Made by a program: the position numbers and the translations under genes. From an uncultured Flavobacteriaceae bacterium (GTDB taxonomy: Bacteria > Bacteroidota > Bacteroidia > Flavobacteriales > Flavobacteriaceae): a stretch of 64,000 nucleotides of DNA. Location of the stretch: the NCBI GenBank assembly GCA_947488345.1, contig CANKZQ010000001.1:660518-724517 (forward strand), read 5' to 3'. Below the pieces are notes generated by a model. The model was not told the DNA's origin. It saw only the letters and a program-made list of their open reading frames with translations, and did not search any database. Below, in pieces: positions 20,968-29,972 of the stretch (position 1 is the first letter of the stretch; each line of letters opens with the position of its first letter).

Positions 20968-21762
20968 ATGAAAGAACTACCGATTAGGCTGCTCTCAGGC
21001 ATTGTTTTTATCGCCGTGATCATAGGATCTACGCTGTATTCTTCGGTCTCATTTTATGTTGTTTTTTACATCATTATGATGTTCTGTTTGTATGAATTTA
21101 AAAAACTCATTCATTTAAGATATAATTGGATATATCTTGTGGCGACTTTGATTTATTTTAGATTTGCAGCACTTCCTCTTTTAAGTGCTGACTATTTTCA
21201 TTTCTTTTTGATCATTTCACTCTTTATTCCGTTTATATATCAATTGTTTAAACCTAAGGTGAGTCTTACATCAAGTAAATTAGGTCATTTTTTCTTAGCC
21301 ATTTCCTATATAGTACTTCCTTTTGTTTTTTTAACAAAAATTCCGTTTATAAATGATATCTATCATCCCAATATAATTATTGGTATTTTTGTATTGATTT
21401 GGATGAGTGATTCTTTTGCGTATCTCGTTGGTAGTACCATAGGAAAAACCAAATTATATGAAAAAATATCACCAAATAAAACCGTTGAAGGTGCGCTTGG
21501 CGGATTAGTGGCTGCAGTCGCTGCAGCGTTTTTCTTGTCAAATTATATTGACATTTTAACAACGACTAGCTGGATAATTATTGCAGTAATTGTTGTTGTT
21601 TTTGGATTGTTAGGCGATTTAATTGAATCGAAATTTAAACGAGAGGCAAAGGTAAAAGATAGTAGTAATTTTATACCTGGTCATGGCGGATTTTTAGACC
21701 GTCTCGATAGTATCATATTTGCTGTACCTTTTGTTTATGTGTATTTGCACTTGATCTATTAA
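20968..21762 (+). CDS. cdsA: Phosphatidate cytidylyltransferase
   Basis: DSFAYLVG, ISPNKTVEG, GDLIESKFKR...KDS...PGHGGFLDRLDS. Confidence 0.95.
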   Translation: MKELPIRLLSGIVFIAVIIGSTLYSSVSFYVVFYIIMMFCLYEFKKLIHLRYNWIYLVATLIYFRFAALPLLSADYFHFFLIISLFIPFIYQLFKPKVSLTSSKLGHFFLAISYIVLPFVFLTKIPFINDIYHPNIIIGIFVLIWMSDSFAYLVGSTIGKTKLYEKISPNKTVEGALGGLVAAVAAAFFLSNYIDILTTTSWIIIAVIVVVFGLLGDLIESKFKREAKVKDSSNFIPGHGGFLDRLDSIIFAVPFVYVYLHLIY

Positions 21763-21845
21763 GCTATCTAGACCGCTAGTCTATAAGTTTTAATTTGTAT
21801 TGCATCGTGACGGTAGCAAAATATTAACTAAAAAATAAAACATAC

Positions 21846-22502
21846 ATGTTTCACAAAGAAGGATATAAAATAATCATGCTATCGATGCTTATTTTTGTTG
21901 GTTCACTGTTGGCCGTAGAAAGGCTCATCACCATTGCATGGCTCAACAAAACAATTATGGTTGTCTTGTTAGTATTGTTTGTGCTCATTCTTCAATTTTT
22001 TAGAAATCCGAAACGACATACCGTTCAAAATTTAAATGAAATTATTGCTCCGGTGGACGGCAAGGTAGTCGTTATTGAAGAAGTGGAAGAAAATGAATAC
22101 TTTAAGGATAAACGCAGACAGGTATCTATTTTTATGTCACCGCTGAATGTGCACGTTACGCGATATCCGATAAGTGGAAAAGTAAATTTTAGCAAATATC
22201 ACCCGGGTAAATATTTAGTGGCTTGGCACCCAAAGGCATCAGAAGAAAACGAACGTACAACAATCGTTGTTGAAAACAGAACAGTTGGTAAAATTTTATA
22301 TCGTCAAATAGCGGGAGCCTTGGCACGACGTATTGTAAACTATGCAAAAGAAGGTGAAGAAGTAATTCAAGGAACCGATGCCGGCTTTATTAAATTTGGT
22401 TCTAGAGTAGATATTTTTTTACCTTTAGACATGCAGATCAATGTGGCATTAGATGATAAGGCTAAAGGGGGTGAAACAGTGATCGCGCGAAAATTGAGTT
22501 AG
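21846..22502 (+). CDS. psd: Phosphatidylserine decarboxylase proenzyme
   Basis: FFRNP, APVDGKV, SIFMSPLNVH, IKFGSRVD self-cleavage motif. Confidence 0.95.
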   Translation: MFHKEGYKIIMLSMLIFVGSLLAVERLITIAWLNKTIMVVLLVLFVLILQFFRNPKRHTVQNLNEIIAPVDGKVVVIEEVEENEYFKDKRRQVSIFMSPLNVHVTRYPISGKVNFSKYHPGKYLVAWHPKASEENERTTIVVENRTVGKILYRQIAGALARRIVNYAKEGEEVIQGTDAGFIKFGSRVDIFLPLDMQINVALDDKAKGGETVIARKLS

Positions 22503-22517
22503 TTTTTTTCATTAAAA

Positions 22518-22799
22518 ATGGCATCGAAAGACGTACATACAAAGTTTGAGAAAGCATATGCAATAACCTCTGCGATGACAGAAAAGCTACCCCCAGATGT
22601 GATGTTAAAGCTTTATGCTTATTACAAGCAGGCTACGAAGGGTGTTAATTATGTGCGCTCGGCAGGGCAAAATGAAGTGCGAAATGCCTTTAAGGCAAAT
22701 GCCTTGTTTCAGCTTCAGCTAAATAATATCTCTGAAGAGGAGGCCAAAATAGCTTATATAGCATTGGTAGAAAAAATAATTCAGCAAAAAATAAAATAA
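22518..22799 (+). CDS. Acyl-CoA-binding protein (ACBP)
   Basis: LKLYAYYKQAT and EEAKIAYIALV motifs. Confidence 0.85.
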   Translation: MASKDVHTKFEKAYAITSAMTEKLPPDVMLKLYAYYKQATKGVNYVRSAGQNEVRNAFKANALFQLQLNNISEEEAKIAYIALVEKIIQQKIK

Positions 22800-22806
22800 A
22801 TCTCTT

Positions 22807-23415
22807 ATGAAAAAATTCACTGTATTTACATTAGTATTGGTCATGAGTATCGCTACTATTTCTTGTAAAAAAGAAGCCAAAAAGGTCGAAGGCCCGCAAT
22901 TTTCGGTAGAACCAAAAACAGTCACCGTAAAATGGACAGGGTATAAAACGACGTCTAAAATTCCAGTAAATGGAACGTTTGAACTCCTTGAGGTCTCAAA
23001 TATTAAAGAAGCGCCTACAGCGATTGAAGCATTAAACGGCACCAAGTTTAGTATTCCGGTGAGTAGTTTAGTTTCGGGCGATGCAGATAGAGACAGTAAA
23101 CTAAAACAATTATTCTTTGGCGTTATGGATGCTACCTTATCATTGACTGGAACTGTGAATTTAGGAGAAGATGGTGCTGGGAATATCAACTTATCTATGA
23201 ATGGTGTTTCGAAGGAAATTCCTGTGACGTATACAGTTAAAGATCAAATTGTTGAATTAGAAGGTAAATTAGATATTGTAAATGATTTTAGTGCCCAGGC
23301 CGCATTAGAATCTATCAATACTGCCTGTTTAGAACTTCATAAAGGTCCTGACGGGGTTAGTAAAACATGGAGTGAAGTAGCCATTAGTGCGAGTGCTTAT
23401 TTAAAGAAAGAATAG
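22807..23415 (+). CDS. YceI-family lipid-binding lipoprotein
   Basis: Lipobox ISC; VKWTGYKT...VNGTF; RDSKL; C..LH.G.DGVSKTW. Confidence 0.8.
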   Translation: MKKFTVFTLVLVMSIATISCKKEAKKVEGPQFSVEPKTVTVKWTGYKTTSKIPVNGTFELLEVSNIKEAPTAIEALNGTKFSIPVSSLVSGDADRDSKLKQLFFGVMDATLSLTGTVNLGEDGAGNINLSMNGVSKEIPVTYTVKDQIVELEGKLDIVNDFSAQAALESINTACLELHKGPDGVSKTWSEVAISASAYLKKE

Positions 23416-23441
23416 CATACGCGAACCCTTGAATACATCAT

Positions 23442-23478
23442 AAAACCACTTTGCATGAACAAAGTGGTTTTTCTTTTT
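23442..23478 (+). terminator. Intrinsic terminator ending the rsfS-ftsH-...-yceI run; left boundary of the cassette array
   Basis: AAAACCACTTTG(23442-23453)/CAAAGTGGTTTT(23460-23471) plus T-rich tail. Confidence 0.85.
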
Positions 23479-23520
23479 AAAATAGTATCTTGCTAATATA
23501 TGGACATAGAGTTATTATTA

Positions 23521-23541
23521 ACCATAGCCCGTTCGTTAACC
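23521..23541 (+). repeat. attC-like element E0 (degenerate right-arm remnant)
   Basis: ACCATAGCCCGTTCGTTAACC; GTTCGTTAACC pairs 7/11 with CGATAGCTAAC at 24250-24260. Confidence 0.35.
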
Positions 23542-23563
23542 AAAATTAATTAAAACTAAAAAA

Positions 23564-24244
23564 ATGATTGAATATATAATTGAAAATAATTTGTATTTCA
23601 TATTACTAATCATTGTTGTGATTTTAGTTGTTGGATTTGTCTATATAAAGAATCTAAATAACGAAAAAGACAGAAAACTAGAGTTAGTTATAGGAATCAC
23701 AGCGGGCGTATCGATAATTATGGTGATGTATAATTTGATACTAAATACTCATTCTAACAATCGTATTGAAAAAAATAGAACAACACACAATACTTTAGAA
23801 AATATTCAAAGAAATTGGCTTTCTCCACAAGTTGATTTATCTCAGGCTTATCCTGAAGGGTTTTTTCTCTTTAAATCGTTAACTCCAGACGCCGATCATG
23901 GTGACTTTGAACCAACGTCTTATGACCCTGCCAAAAGAAATCAAATTGAAATAGCAAGTTCGATAAGAATATTCCAAGCGATGGAAGATTTTTTAACTCT
24001 TGGTTCTAATGACATTACTGGAAAAAGTATATGGATTAATAATTTTCTCATGTGGCTACAGTCACCTATTCTTAAAAAAAACTGGAAAGCACTTTCGTTT
24101 AATTATTCTAAAGACACCAGAGAAATGATTGACCGATTAATAAAAGAAAGTGATAAATTAGTTTTAATAAGACAGAAAAAAGGTAACCTAATGAAAAATG
24201 ATTATGACCATGTTTCTGAAAATTTTAAGGTTATTTTTCGCTAA
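23564..24244 (+). CDS. Hypothetical protein with two N-terminal TM helices (cassette 1)
   Basis: 226-aa ORF; no family recognised. Confidence 0.7.
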   Translation: MIEYIIENNLYFILLIIVVILVVGFVYIKNLNNEKDRKLELVIGITAGVSIIMVMYNLILNTHSNNRIEKNRTTHNTLENIQRNWLSPQVDLSQAYPEGFFLFKSLTPDADHGDFEPTSYDPAKRNQIEIASSIRIFQAMEDFLTLGSNDITGKSIWINNFLMWLQSPILKKNWKALSFNYSKDTREMIDRLIKESDKLVLIRQKKGNLMKNDYDHVSENFKVIFR

Positions 24245-24253
24245 TTGAACGAT

Positions 24254-24385
24254 AGCTAACAACATGTATAATTATTTGCTAATAGTGAATAAAGAGTGTC
24301 TCGAAAATTCTAACAGATTTCCTTACTCCTACGCTTTTTGTTATCTTAGTTGCTCATGTCACTAACCATGTACAAACCGTTACCA
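24254..24385 (+). repeat. attC-like element E1 (subfamily alpha)
   Basis: Left arm TAACAACATGTATAAT (24257); right arm CATGTACAAACCGTT (24367-24381); 80/107 identical to E8, ungapped. Confidence 0.8.
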
Positions 24386-24402
24386 CCAATTTGAATTCAA
24401 TA

Positions 24403-25386
24403 ATGAAAATCACAATTTTCGTAGTCGCCCTAATTCTATCACTAATTGTGAAATTATTAGTTGAAAAAAATAAGAAAAAATCGGATTCTATTAAAAAACG
24501 AATGGGAATCAAAGCTTTAGAGGCAAAATACGAAGAGGAGATTGGAGAAATAAAATCAAAAGAACAAATAGAAACCTTTTTTAAGCAATTTAATTTATCA
24601 GAACACTGGGAATCATTTGAGTCAAAAGTAAGGACTGAAATAAAAATAGATCCGTTTCAAAAAAACAATATTTCTTTAGGGAAATCAAAATTTGGCGGAC
24701 AACCAGATTTGCCAAAAAACATAGATTGGTTTAAAGAAAATAATGGAAAATCACTGTCTTTTATTGCTCAACTAAACTTGAGTGAAATCCAAATTCATGA
24801 TATTTCTCAAAGCTTACCTAAAACCGGTATTTTATATTTTTTTTATTCTTCAGAACAAGAAGCCTGGGGCTTTGATTATAAAGACAAAGATAAATTCAAA
24901 GTTTTTTACACTGAAGATGTAAATAATATTGAGCGAAAACCAATTCCTCAAGATTTAGTAGCATACAACATATATAAATCTTGCGAATTAAATTTTTCAA
25001 AATCATATAGTTTACCTAATTGGGAAAACGACTTTGTACTAGAACAATTAAGTAATTTTGAACAAGACATCTATGCCCTTTTAACTTACTCCGATATAAA
25101 CCATAAAATTCTTGGTTACTCAAACAATATACAAGGTGAAATGGAATTAGAATGTCAATTGGTGACAAATGGACTTTATTGTGGGGATCCTAGCGGATAC
25201 AATGACCCCAAAAGAAAAGAATTAGAGAAAGAAAAAACTGAATGGAAACTTCTATTGCAAGTCGACTCGGATGAAAGAGCAGAGATGATGTGGGGAGATT
25301 CTGGAACTCTATATTTCTGGATAAAACGAAAAGATTTAGAAAATTTAAATTTTGACAATGCTTGGTTTGCCTTGCAGTGTTATTAA
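24403..25386 (+). CDS. YwqG/DUF1963 family protein with N-terminal anchor (cassette 2)
   Basis: SKFGGQPDLP...W, LSFIAQLNLSE, GILYFFY, LLLQVDSD, MWGDSGTLYFWI...DL...NF...WF..QC. Confidence 0.9.
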   Translation: MKITIFVVALILSLIVKLLVEKNKKKSDSIKKRMGIKALEAKYEEEIGEIKSKEQIETFFKQFNLSEHWESFESKVRTEIKIDPFQKNNISLGKSKFGGQPDLPKNIDWFKENNGKSLSFIAQLNLSEIQIHDISQSLPKTGILYFFYSSEQEAWGFDYKDKDKFKVFYTEDVNNIERKPIPQDLVAYNIYKSCELNFSKSYSLPNWENDFVLEQLSNFEQDIYALLTYSDINHKILGYSNNIQGEMELECQLVTNGLYCGDPSGYNDPKRKELEKEKTEWKLLLQVDSDERAEMMWGDSGTLYFWIKRKDLENLNFDNAWFALQCY

Positions 25387-25395
25387 TAGAAAAAC

Positions 25396-25524
25396 TGGTG
25401 GTAACAACAGCTATAATTGCTTCGCTAGTTCGCATTGCTCGTGTCACTTGAATTAATTAACTTAGCTCAACGTCGGAAAATCTCATCTGATTTTCCGTAA
25501 ATGACCATTCACAAACCGTTAGCC
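25396..25524 (+). repeat. attC-like element E2 (subfamily beta)
   Basis: TGGTGGTAACAACAGCTATAAT ... CATTCACAAACCGTTAGCC; internal GGAAAAT/ATTTTCC stem; 33/37 identical to E6 core. Confidence 0.85.
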
Positions 25525-25549
25525 TTCATTATGACAAGACAACAAATTA

Positions 25550-26275
25550 ATGATTAAATTCTTTCGAAACATACGTCAAAACCTTCTCAATGAAGGAAAA
25601 ACAACCAAATACTTTAAATACGCCATAGGTGAAATTGTACTGGTAGTCATTGGTATTTTGATTGCATTGAGTATTAATAATTGGAATGAATCGCATAAAC
25701 AAAAGAAGGTTTTAAGTAACATTTATGGAATTGTAGCTGAAGACCTAAAGAAAGATTCTTTGGAAGTAGACATGGTGTTGAATTTCATGCTCGATAGAAA
25801 AAAGATATTTGAAAAAATTTTAAATGACTCGTTAAATTTAAAAGACGTCAAGGAAAATGGGATGATCCTCTCAATATTAACCGATGTCAGAGTATTAAAC
25901 ATTGAAAAGAGAGGTTATAATTTGCTACGTAATTTTGAAGATAACATGGTCAGTAAAAATGACTCTTTAGCCTTTAGAATTATCAATTTTTATGCAAGTT
26001 CTATTTTCTTTACTGAAAAAGTGGAAACAATAATTATCGATGATTTAATAAAAACCAATGATCTTTGGAAGAATCAGAAATGGTATACCAATATTATGCA
26101 AAATAAAAATGACGAAAGGTTTATTGACTATATGTTGACAAATCAAGAATTCAAAAATTTATGTGCTTTTCGGTATAGCATGTTTCATGAAAATTACGCA
26201 CCAACGATCGAGCAATATAAGCAAGGAAGCAAACGAATTTTGGAGGCGATAAAAACCAGACTCGACAAAAAATAA
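25550..26275 (+). CDS. DUF6090-family protein (cassette 3)
   Basis: MIKFFRNIRQNLL.EGK..KY.KYAIGEIVLVVIGILIALSINNWNE N-terminus. Confidence 0.85.
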   Translation: MIKFFRNIRQNLLNEGKTTKYFKYAIGEIVLVVIGILIALSINNWNESHKQKKVLSNIYGIVAEDLKKDSLEVDMVLNFMLDRKKIFEKILNDSLNLKDVKENGMILSILTDVRVLNIEKRGYNLLRNFEDNMVSKNDSLAFRIINFYASSIFFTEKVETIIIDDLIKTNDLWKNQKWYTNIMQNKNDERFIDYMLTNQEFKNLCAFRYSMFHENYAPTIEQYKQGSKRILEAIKTRLDKK

Positions 26276-26281
26276 TAAAAT

Positions 26282-26307
26282 AACGAAAGCCTAACAACGT
26301 GCATAAT
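26282..26307 (+). repeat. attC-like element E3 (left arm only)
   Basis: GCCTAACAACGTGCATAAT; next ATG only 19 nt later, right arm absent. Confidence 0.65.
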
Positions 26308-26326
26308 TAATTCTAAAAAATATAAT

Positions 26327-26761
26327 ATGGCAACAATCAATACTTATTTAAGCTTTATGGGTAACACTGAAGAAGCATTTGAATTTTATAAATCAGTATT
26401 TGGTGTTGAATTCGTTGGTGGCATAAGACGCTTTGGAGATATGCCAAATAATGAATTAATGTCGGACGCGGACAAGAGAAAAGTAATGCATGTCGGTTTA
26501 CCAATAGGACCTGGGAATTTCCTTATGGGAACAGATGCACTTGAATCTATGGGGCAATCGCTAACATTTGGAAATAATTTTCATATATCTATTAGTCCAG
26601 AGAGTAAAGAAGAAGCCATTAAACTATTCGATGGACTTTCATCAGGAGGAACGGTAACATCGCCACTAGAAGAGACTTTTTGGGGTGCGTACTTTGGGGC
26701 ATTTACAGATAAATTCGGAGTACAATGGATGGTAAATTATCTTCAACCAGTCAATAATTAA
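26327..26761 (+). CDS. VOC/PhnB-like glyoxalase-superfamily protein (cassette 4)
   Basis: YLSFMGNTEEAFEFYKSVFG, KVMHVGL, FWGAYFGAFTDKFGVQWMVN. Confidence 0.92.
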   Translation: MATINTYLSFMGNTEEAFEFYKSVFGVEFVGGIRRFGDMPNNELMSDADKRKVMHVGLPIGPGNFLMGTDALESMGQSLTFGNNFHISISPESKEEAIKLFDGLSSGGTVTSPLEETFWGAYFGAFTDKFGVQWMVNYLQPVNN

Positions 26762-26769
26762 AAAACGAA

Positions 26770-26934
26770 ACACAACAACGACTATAATCTTTTCACCAGT
26801 TCGCTGCGCTCGTGCTATTATTAAGGCCCCAAAGGGTTGGTGCACCAATGAACTATAAAAGTAAGAGAATATTTTACTCGTATTTTTTTGAAATACCATT
26901 GTAAAATACGAACTTGAGATATTAATAGCTGTAC
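26770..26934 (+). repeat. attC-like element E4 (beta-like start, degenerate right arm)
   Basis: ACACAACAACGACTATAAT; ACCAGTTCG...GCTCGT shared with E2/E6; ends GCTGTACGTAATTT. Confidence 0.6.
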
Positions 26935-26966
26935 GTAATTTAAAACTCTTAAAAAATGACTATTAA

Positions 26967-27443
26967 ATGAGGCGTTTAACTTTTATTTCATTATTTCTAA
27001 CCTTATCTATTTCTAACCTTTATTCTCAAGAGATTCAATTAAAAAAAACCTTTTTTGGTTACAAGTTTGTTCAAAATAATGAGACAATCAAAATGAATCA
27101 AGTATACAAAAGCATGAAACCAAATAATCAAGCTTATAAATTGATGAAAAAAGCTAAATCTAACAATACAATAAGCGGAATTATTGGTTTTGTAGGTGGA
27201 GGAATGATGGGATGGCCAATCGGACGAAGTTTCGCTGGCGAAAAATTTAATTGGACTTTATTCGGAATTGGAGCTGGGATCGCTGCTATCAGTATTCCTA
27301 TTTCTGGAAAATCAATAAAAGACACCAAAAAGGCTATTGATATTTATAATTCTTCATTAAACAAAACAACTCAAATTAATCATAATTTGCAATTGAAAAT
27401 CATTGCGAATAAAAATGGTATCGGACTATCTGTTAACTTTTAA
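26967..27443 (+). CDS. Hypothetical secreted/membrane protein (cassette 5)
   Basis: Signal peptide; glycine-rich hairpin GFVGGGMMGW...FGIGAGIAAI; C-terminal GLSVNF. Confidence 0.75.
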   Translation: MRRLTFISLFLTLSISNLYSQEIQLKKTFFGYKFVQNNETIKMNQVYKSMKPNNQAYKLMKKAKSNNTISGIIGFVGGGMMGWPIGRSFAGEKFNWTLFGIGAGIAAISIPISGKSIKDTKKAIDIYNSSLNKTTQINHNLQLKIIANKNGIGLSVNF

Positions 27444-27503
27444 AAACTACGTATAAAAACGACTATAATCGCTAAGAAGTAAACCATAACTCAGCCGCTG
27501 GTG
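27444..27503 (+). repeat. attC-like element E5 (internally shortened, both arms)
   Basis: TAAAAACGACTATAAT (27454) and CATAACTCAGCCGCT (27485-27499) only 15 nt apart. Confidence 0.6.
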
Positions 27504-27524
27504 GCAATTACAAAAAATAGAATT

Positions 27525-27965
27525 ATGATTCATCGTTTAAAATTCACCATTGACATCGATGCCGAAAAATCTAAGATCTGGAAAGCACTTTGGGACGAGA
27601 ACTCATATCGTTCATGGGCGAGTGTTTTTTTTGATGGGTCTTATGCAATATCTGATAATTGGAGAGAAGGCAGTAAAGTACATTTTCTTGGACCTGATCA
27701 GAGCGGAATCTATAGTTTAATCGAAAAGCACATTCCCAATGAATTTATTGAATTTAAACACATTGGAAACGTATTAGAAGGAAAGGAAAAACCGCTAGAC
27801 GAAGAAACGAAAAAATGGTCTGGAGCTACTGAAATATACAAGATTGTAAAAGGGGATGTTATGAATACGCTAAAGGTTGAAATTGATGTTATGAATGAAC
27901 ACCTGGAATTTATGACAAATAAATTTCCCAAGGCTCTTGAAAAAGTCAAAAACAACTGCCGCTAA
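27525..27965 (+). CDS. SRPBCC/AHSA1-like protein (cassette 6)
   Basis: IDAEKSKIWKALWD...Y..W...F..GS...SDNWREGSKVHFL; FPKALEKVK; stop codon lies inside left arm of E6. Confidence 0.8.
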   Translation: MIHRLKFTIDIDAEKSKIWKALWDENSYRSWASVFFDGSYAISDNWREGSKVHFLGPDQSGIYSLIEKHIPNEFIEFKHIGNVLEGKEKPLDEETKKWSGATEIYKIVKGDVMNTLKVEIDVMNEHLEFMTNKFPKALEKVKNNCR

Positions 27966-28115
27966 GAATCTTTATCATTAATTGCTACTGAATTCCCTCA
28001 CAGATCTTTCTAGCACCAGTTCGTATTGCTCGTTTCACTTATATTAATTAACTTCGTCGTACGCCCTAAAATCCCTAAGAATTTTCCGAAATTAACCATA
28101 TACAAACCGTTGACA
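27954..28115 (+). repeat. attC-like element E6 (subfamily beta)
   Basis: TAAGAATCTTTATCAT (27963) ... CATATACAAACCGTT (28097-28111); core matches E2. Confidence 0.8.
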
Positions 28116-28144
28116 ATAATTAAACCAGATAGATAAACTCAAAA

Positions 28145-28996
28145 ATGAATCGTGAAATAATCGACATACATGATTATACCATTTTATTGGAAGAAGCTTC
28201 TACTGATAACAAATTAATTGATTCATGTTTTTTTGACGAACCAGTCATAGCTATTGCCTTTTATGGTGCCGGTGATGTTGGTCTAAAAGTAAAGTTTGAC
28301 GAAAAAACGAAAGAATTCTATCATACCAAAGGCATGGTTTTATCTTTCTACGCTGATGATAAAGTCGAATTTGAGCATCAAGTCTCAAATTTAAAGCCTC
28401 TTCAATGTTTGGTGATTGCAACTACCGTTAAAAATATAGACAATTTACCAAGTGGTGAAAGCCAGTTTTTAGAAAAGTTTTTGCATCAATTAGTACACCC
28501 CAAAGATCATTATGTTGAAGGTCCGGTTTTTAATATGAGCCCAGAAATGTTTCTATTAGTTGAACAATTCTTTAACAATACGTTCGAAGGTGAACTTAAA
28601 ATGATGTTCTACAAAAGCCATATCACAGCGTTGCTTTCTCATTATTTTGGGCAATTGGCAACACAACAAAACACAAAACTTAATACTTCACAACTAGAAA
28701 AAATTAATCTAGCCCAAGAAATTTTAGTATCCGATTTAGAAAATCCACCTTCCCTAACAGAATTGGCCCACAGAATTGGTACCAACACCAATAAACTTAA
28801 AATAGAATTCAAAGCGCAGTTTGGTGTTCCTGTTTTCAAATACCTACAAAATGAACGTTTAAAAAAAGCTTACAATTTAATAAAGAACGAAGGAAAGACT
28901 ATTCAAGAAGCCGCTTGGACTGTGGGTTATGATAGTTTAGGTTCTTTCTCTAACGCTTTTGAAAAAAAGTTTGGTTATCGACCTAGCCAAGCATAA
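28145..28996 (+). CDS. AraC-family transcriptional regulator (cassette 7, gene 1)
   Basis: PPSLTELAHRIGTNTNKLKIEFKAQFG and AAWTVGYDSLGSFSNAFEKKFG double HTH. Confidence 0.93.
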   Translation: MNREIIDIHDYTILLEEASTDNKLIDSCFFDEPVIAIAFYGAGDVGLKVKFDEKTKEFYHTKGMVLSFYADDKVEFEHQVSNLKPLQCLVIATTVKNIDNLPSGESQFLEKFLHQLVHPKDHYVEGPVFNMSPEMFLLVEQFFNNTFEGELKMMFYKSHITALLSHYFGQLATQQNTKLNTSQLEKINLAQEILVSDLENPPSLTELAHRIGTNTNKLKIEFKAQFGVPVFKYLQNERLKKAYNLIKNEGKTIQEAAWTVGYDSLGSFSNAFEKKFGYRPSQA

Positions 28997-29062
28997 AATT
29001 CTTTTCGAATAAATCATAATTCTTTTTAAATAAGTCACTGGTTTAGAACCACAATAGATTTG
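28997..29062 (+). promoter_or_regulatory. Tandem 20-bp direct repeat with 21-bp period (putative AraC operator) and -7 element
   Basis: AATTCTTTTCGAATAAATCA (28997) / AATTCTTTTTAAATAAGTCA (29018), 17/20; TAGATTTG downstream. Confidence 0.65.
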
Positions 29063-29086
29063 TGTCATAATTAAAAAACAAAAATT

Positions 29087-29479
29087 ATGATTAGTAAAAA
29101 TTTATTTAGCATTCTATGCGCCATTTTAGTTTGGATTTTAGGAGTTGCCTTTTACCTCTTATCATTTTATATATCCATTTTAGAAAATCCTGATCTACAA
29201 TCTAATATTACACTCGCTTTGGGCATTATACCTAGCGCAGGTTTAGGAACTTATTTGTTTTATAGAAATAGCTATATAAAACCATCTTCATTGGCTCTTA
29301 CATTCGTAATAGTAGCTACTGTATTGGATATATTGATAACGGTTCCCGTATTTATAATTCCAAATGGTGGTAGTTATTCAAATTTTTTTGGTGATCCCAT
29401 GTTCTACACCATCATAGTTGAATTCTATTTTATTGTATTCTATTTTGGAAATCATTTAACCAAAAAAATGAAAGCATGA
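29087..29479 (+). CDS. DUF5367-like small membrane protein
   Basis: Four TM helices; LD..ITVP.FIIP.GGSY..FF motif. Confidence 0.7.
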   Translation: MISKNLFSILCAILVWILGVAFYLLSFYISILENPDLQSNITLALGIIPSAGLGTYLFYRNSYIKPSSLALTFVIVATVLDILITVPVFIIPNGGSYSNFFGDPMFYTIIVEFYFIVFYFGNHLTKKMKA

Positions 29480-29955
29480 AAACCTTCACTCTTTTTATCA
29501 CGGTTTTATTGAATGCACTTTCTACAGGCTTTTTTTTCGCCTGGTCAGTTTCGGTCATCTTAGGAACAAAAAGAATCAGTGATTTAACTTATCTAGAAAC
29601 GATGCAACATATCAATAAAGAAATCTTGAACCCTGCATTCTTCATCGTATTCTTTGGAAGCCTGATAACATTGATTATAACGACGTGTCTACAATTTAAC
29701 AACAAAGTTATGTTTTGGTTGGTCTTGGCATCCGCGATCATTTATCTCATTGGAACTTTTGGTATTACTGCCTTTAAGAATGTTCCTTTAAACAATGAGC
29801 TGGATATATTGAAAATTACAAAACTTAGTTTATCAGAGTTAAAGAATTTTAGAACCTATTATGAAAGTACTTGGAATCATTATCACAATATTAGAACTAT
29901 TTCAAGTATGATTTCATTCATCTTATTACTTATATCAATATTTATTAAAAAATAA
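29476..29955 (+). CDS. DUF1772 / anthrone-oxygenase-like membrane protein
   Basis: GFFFAWS, MQ.IN..ILNPAF, NVPLNNEL, WN..H..RT motifs. Confidence 0.85.
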   Translation: MKTFTLFITVLLNALSTGFFFAWSVSVILGTKRISDLTYLETMQHINKEILNPAFFIVFFGSLITLIITTCLQFNNKVMFWLVLASAIIYLIGTFGITAFKNVPLNNELDILKITKLSLSELKNFRTYYESTWNHYHNIRTISSMISFILLLISIFIKK

Positions 29956-29972
29956 TTTTAACACAATTCATT

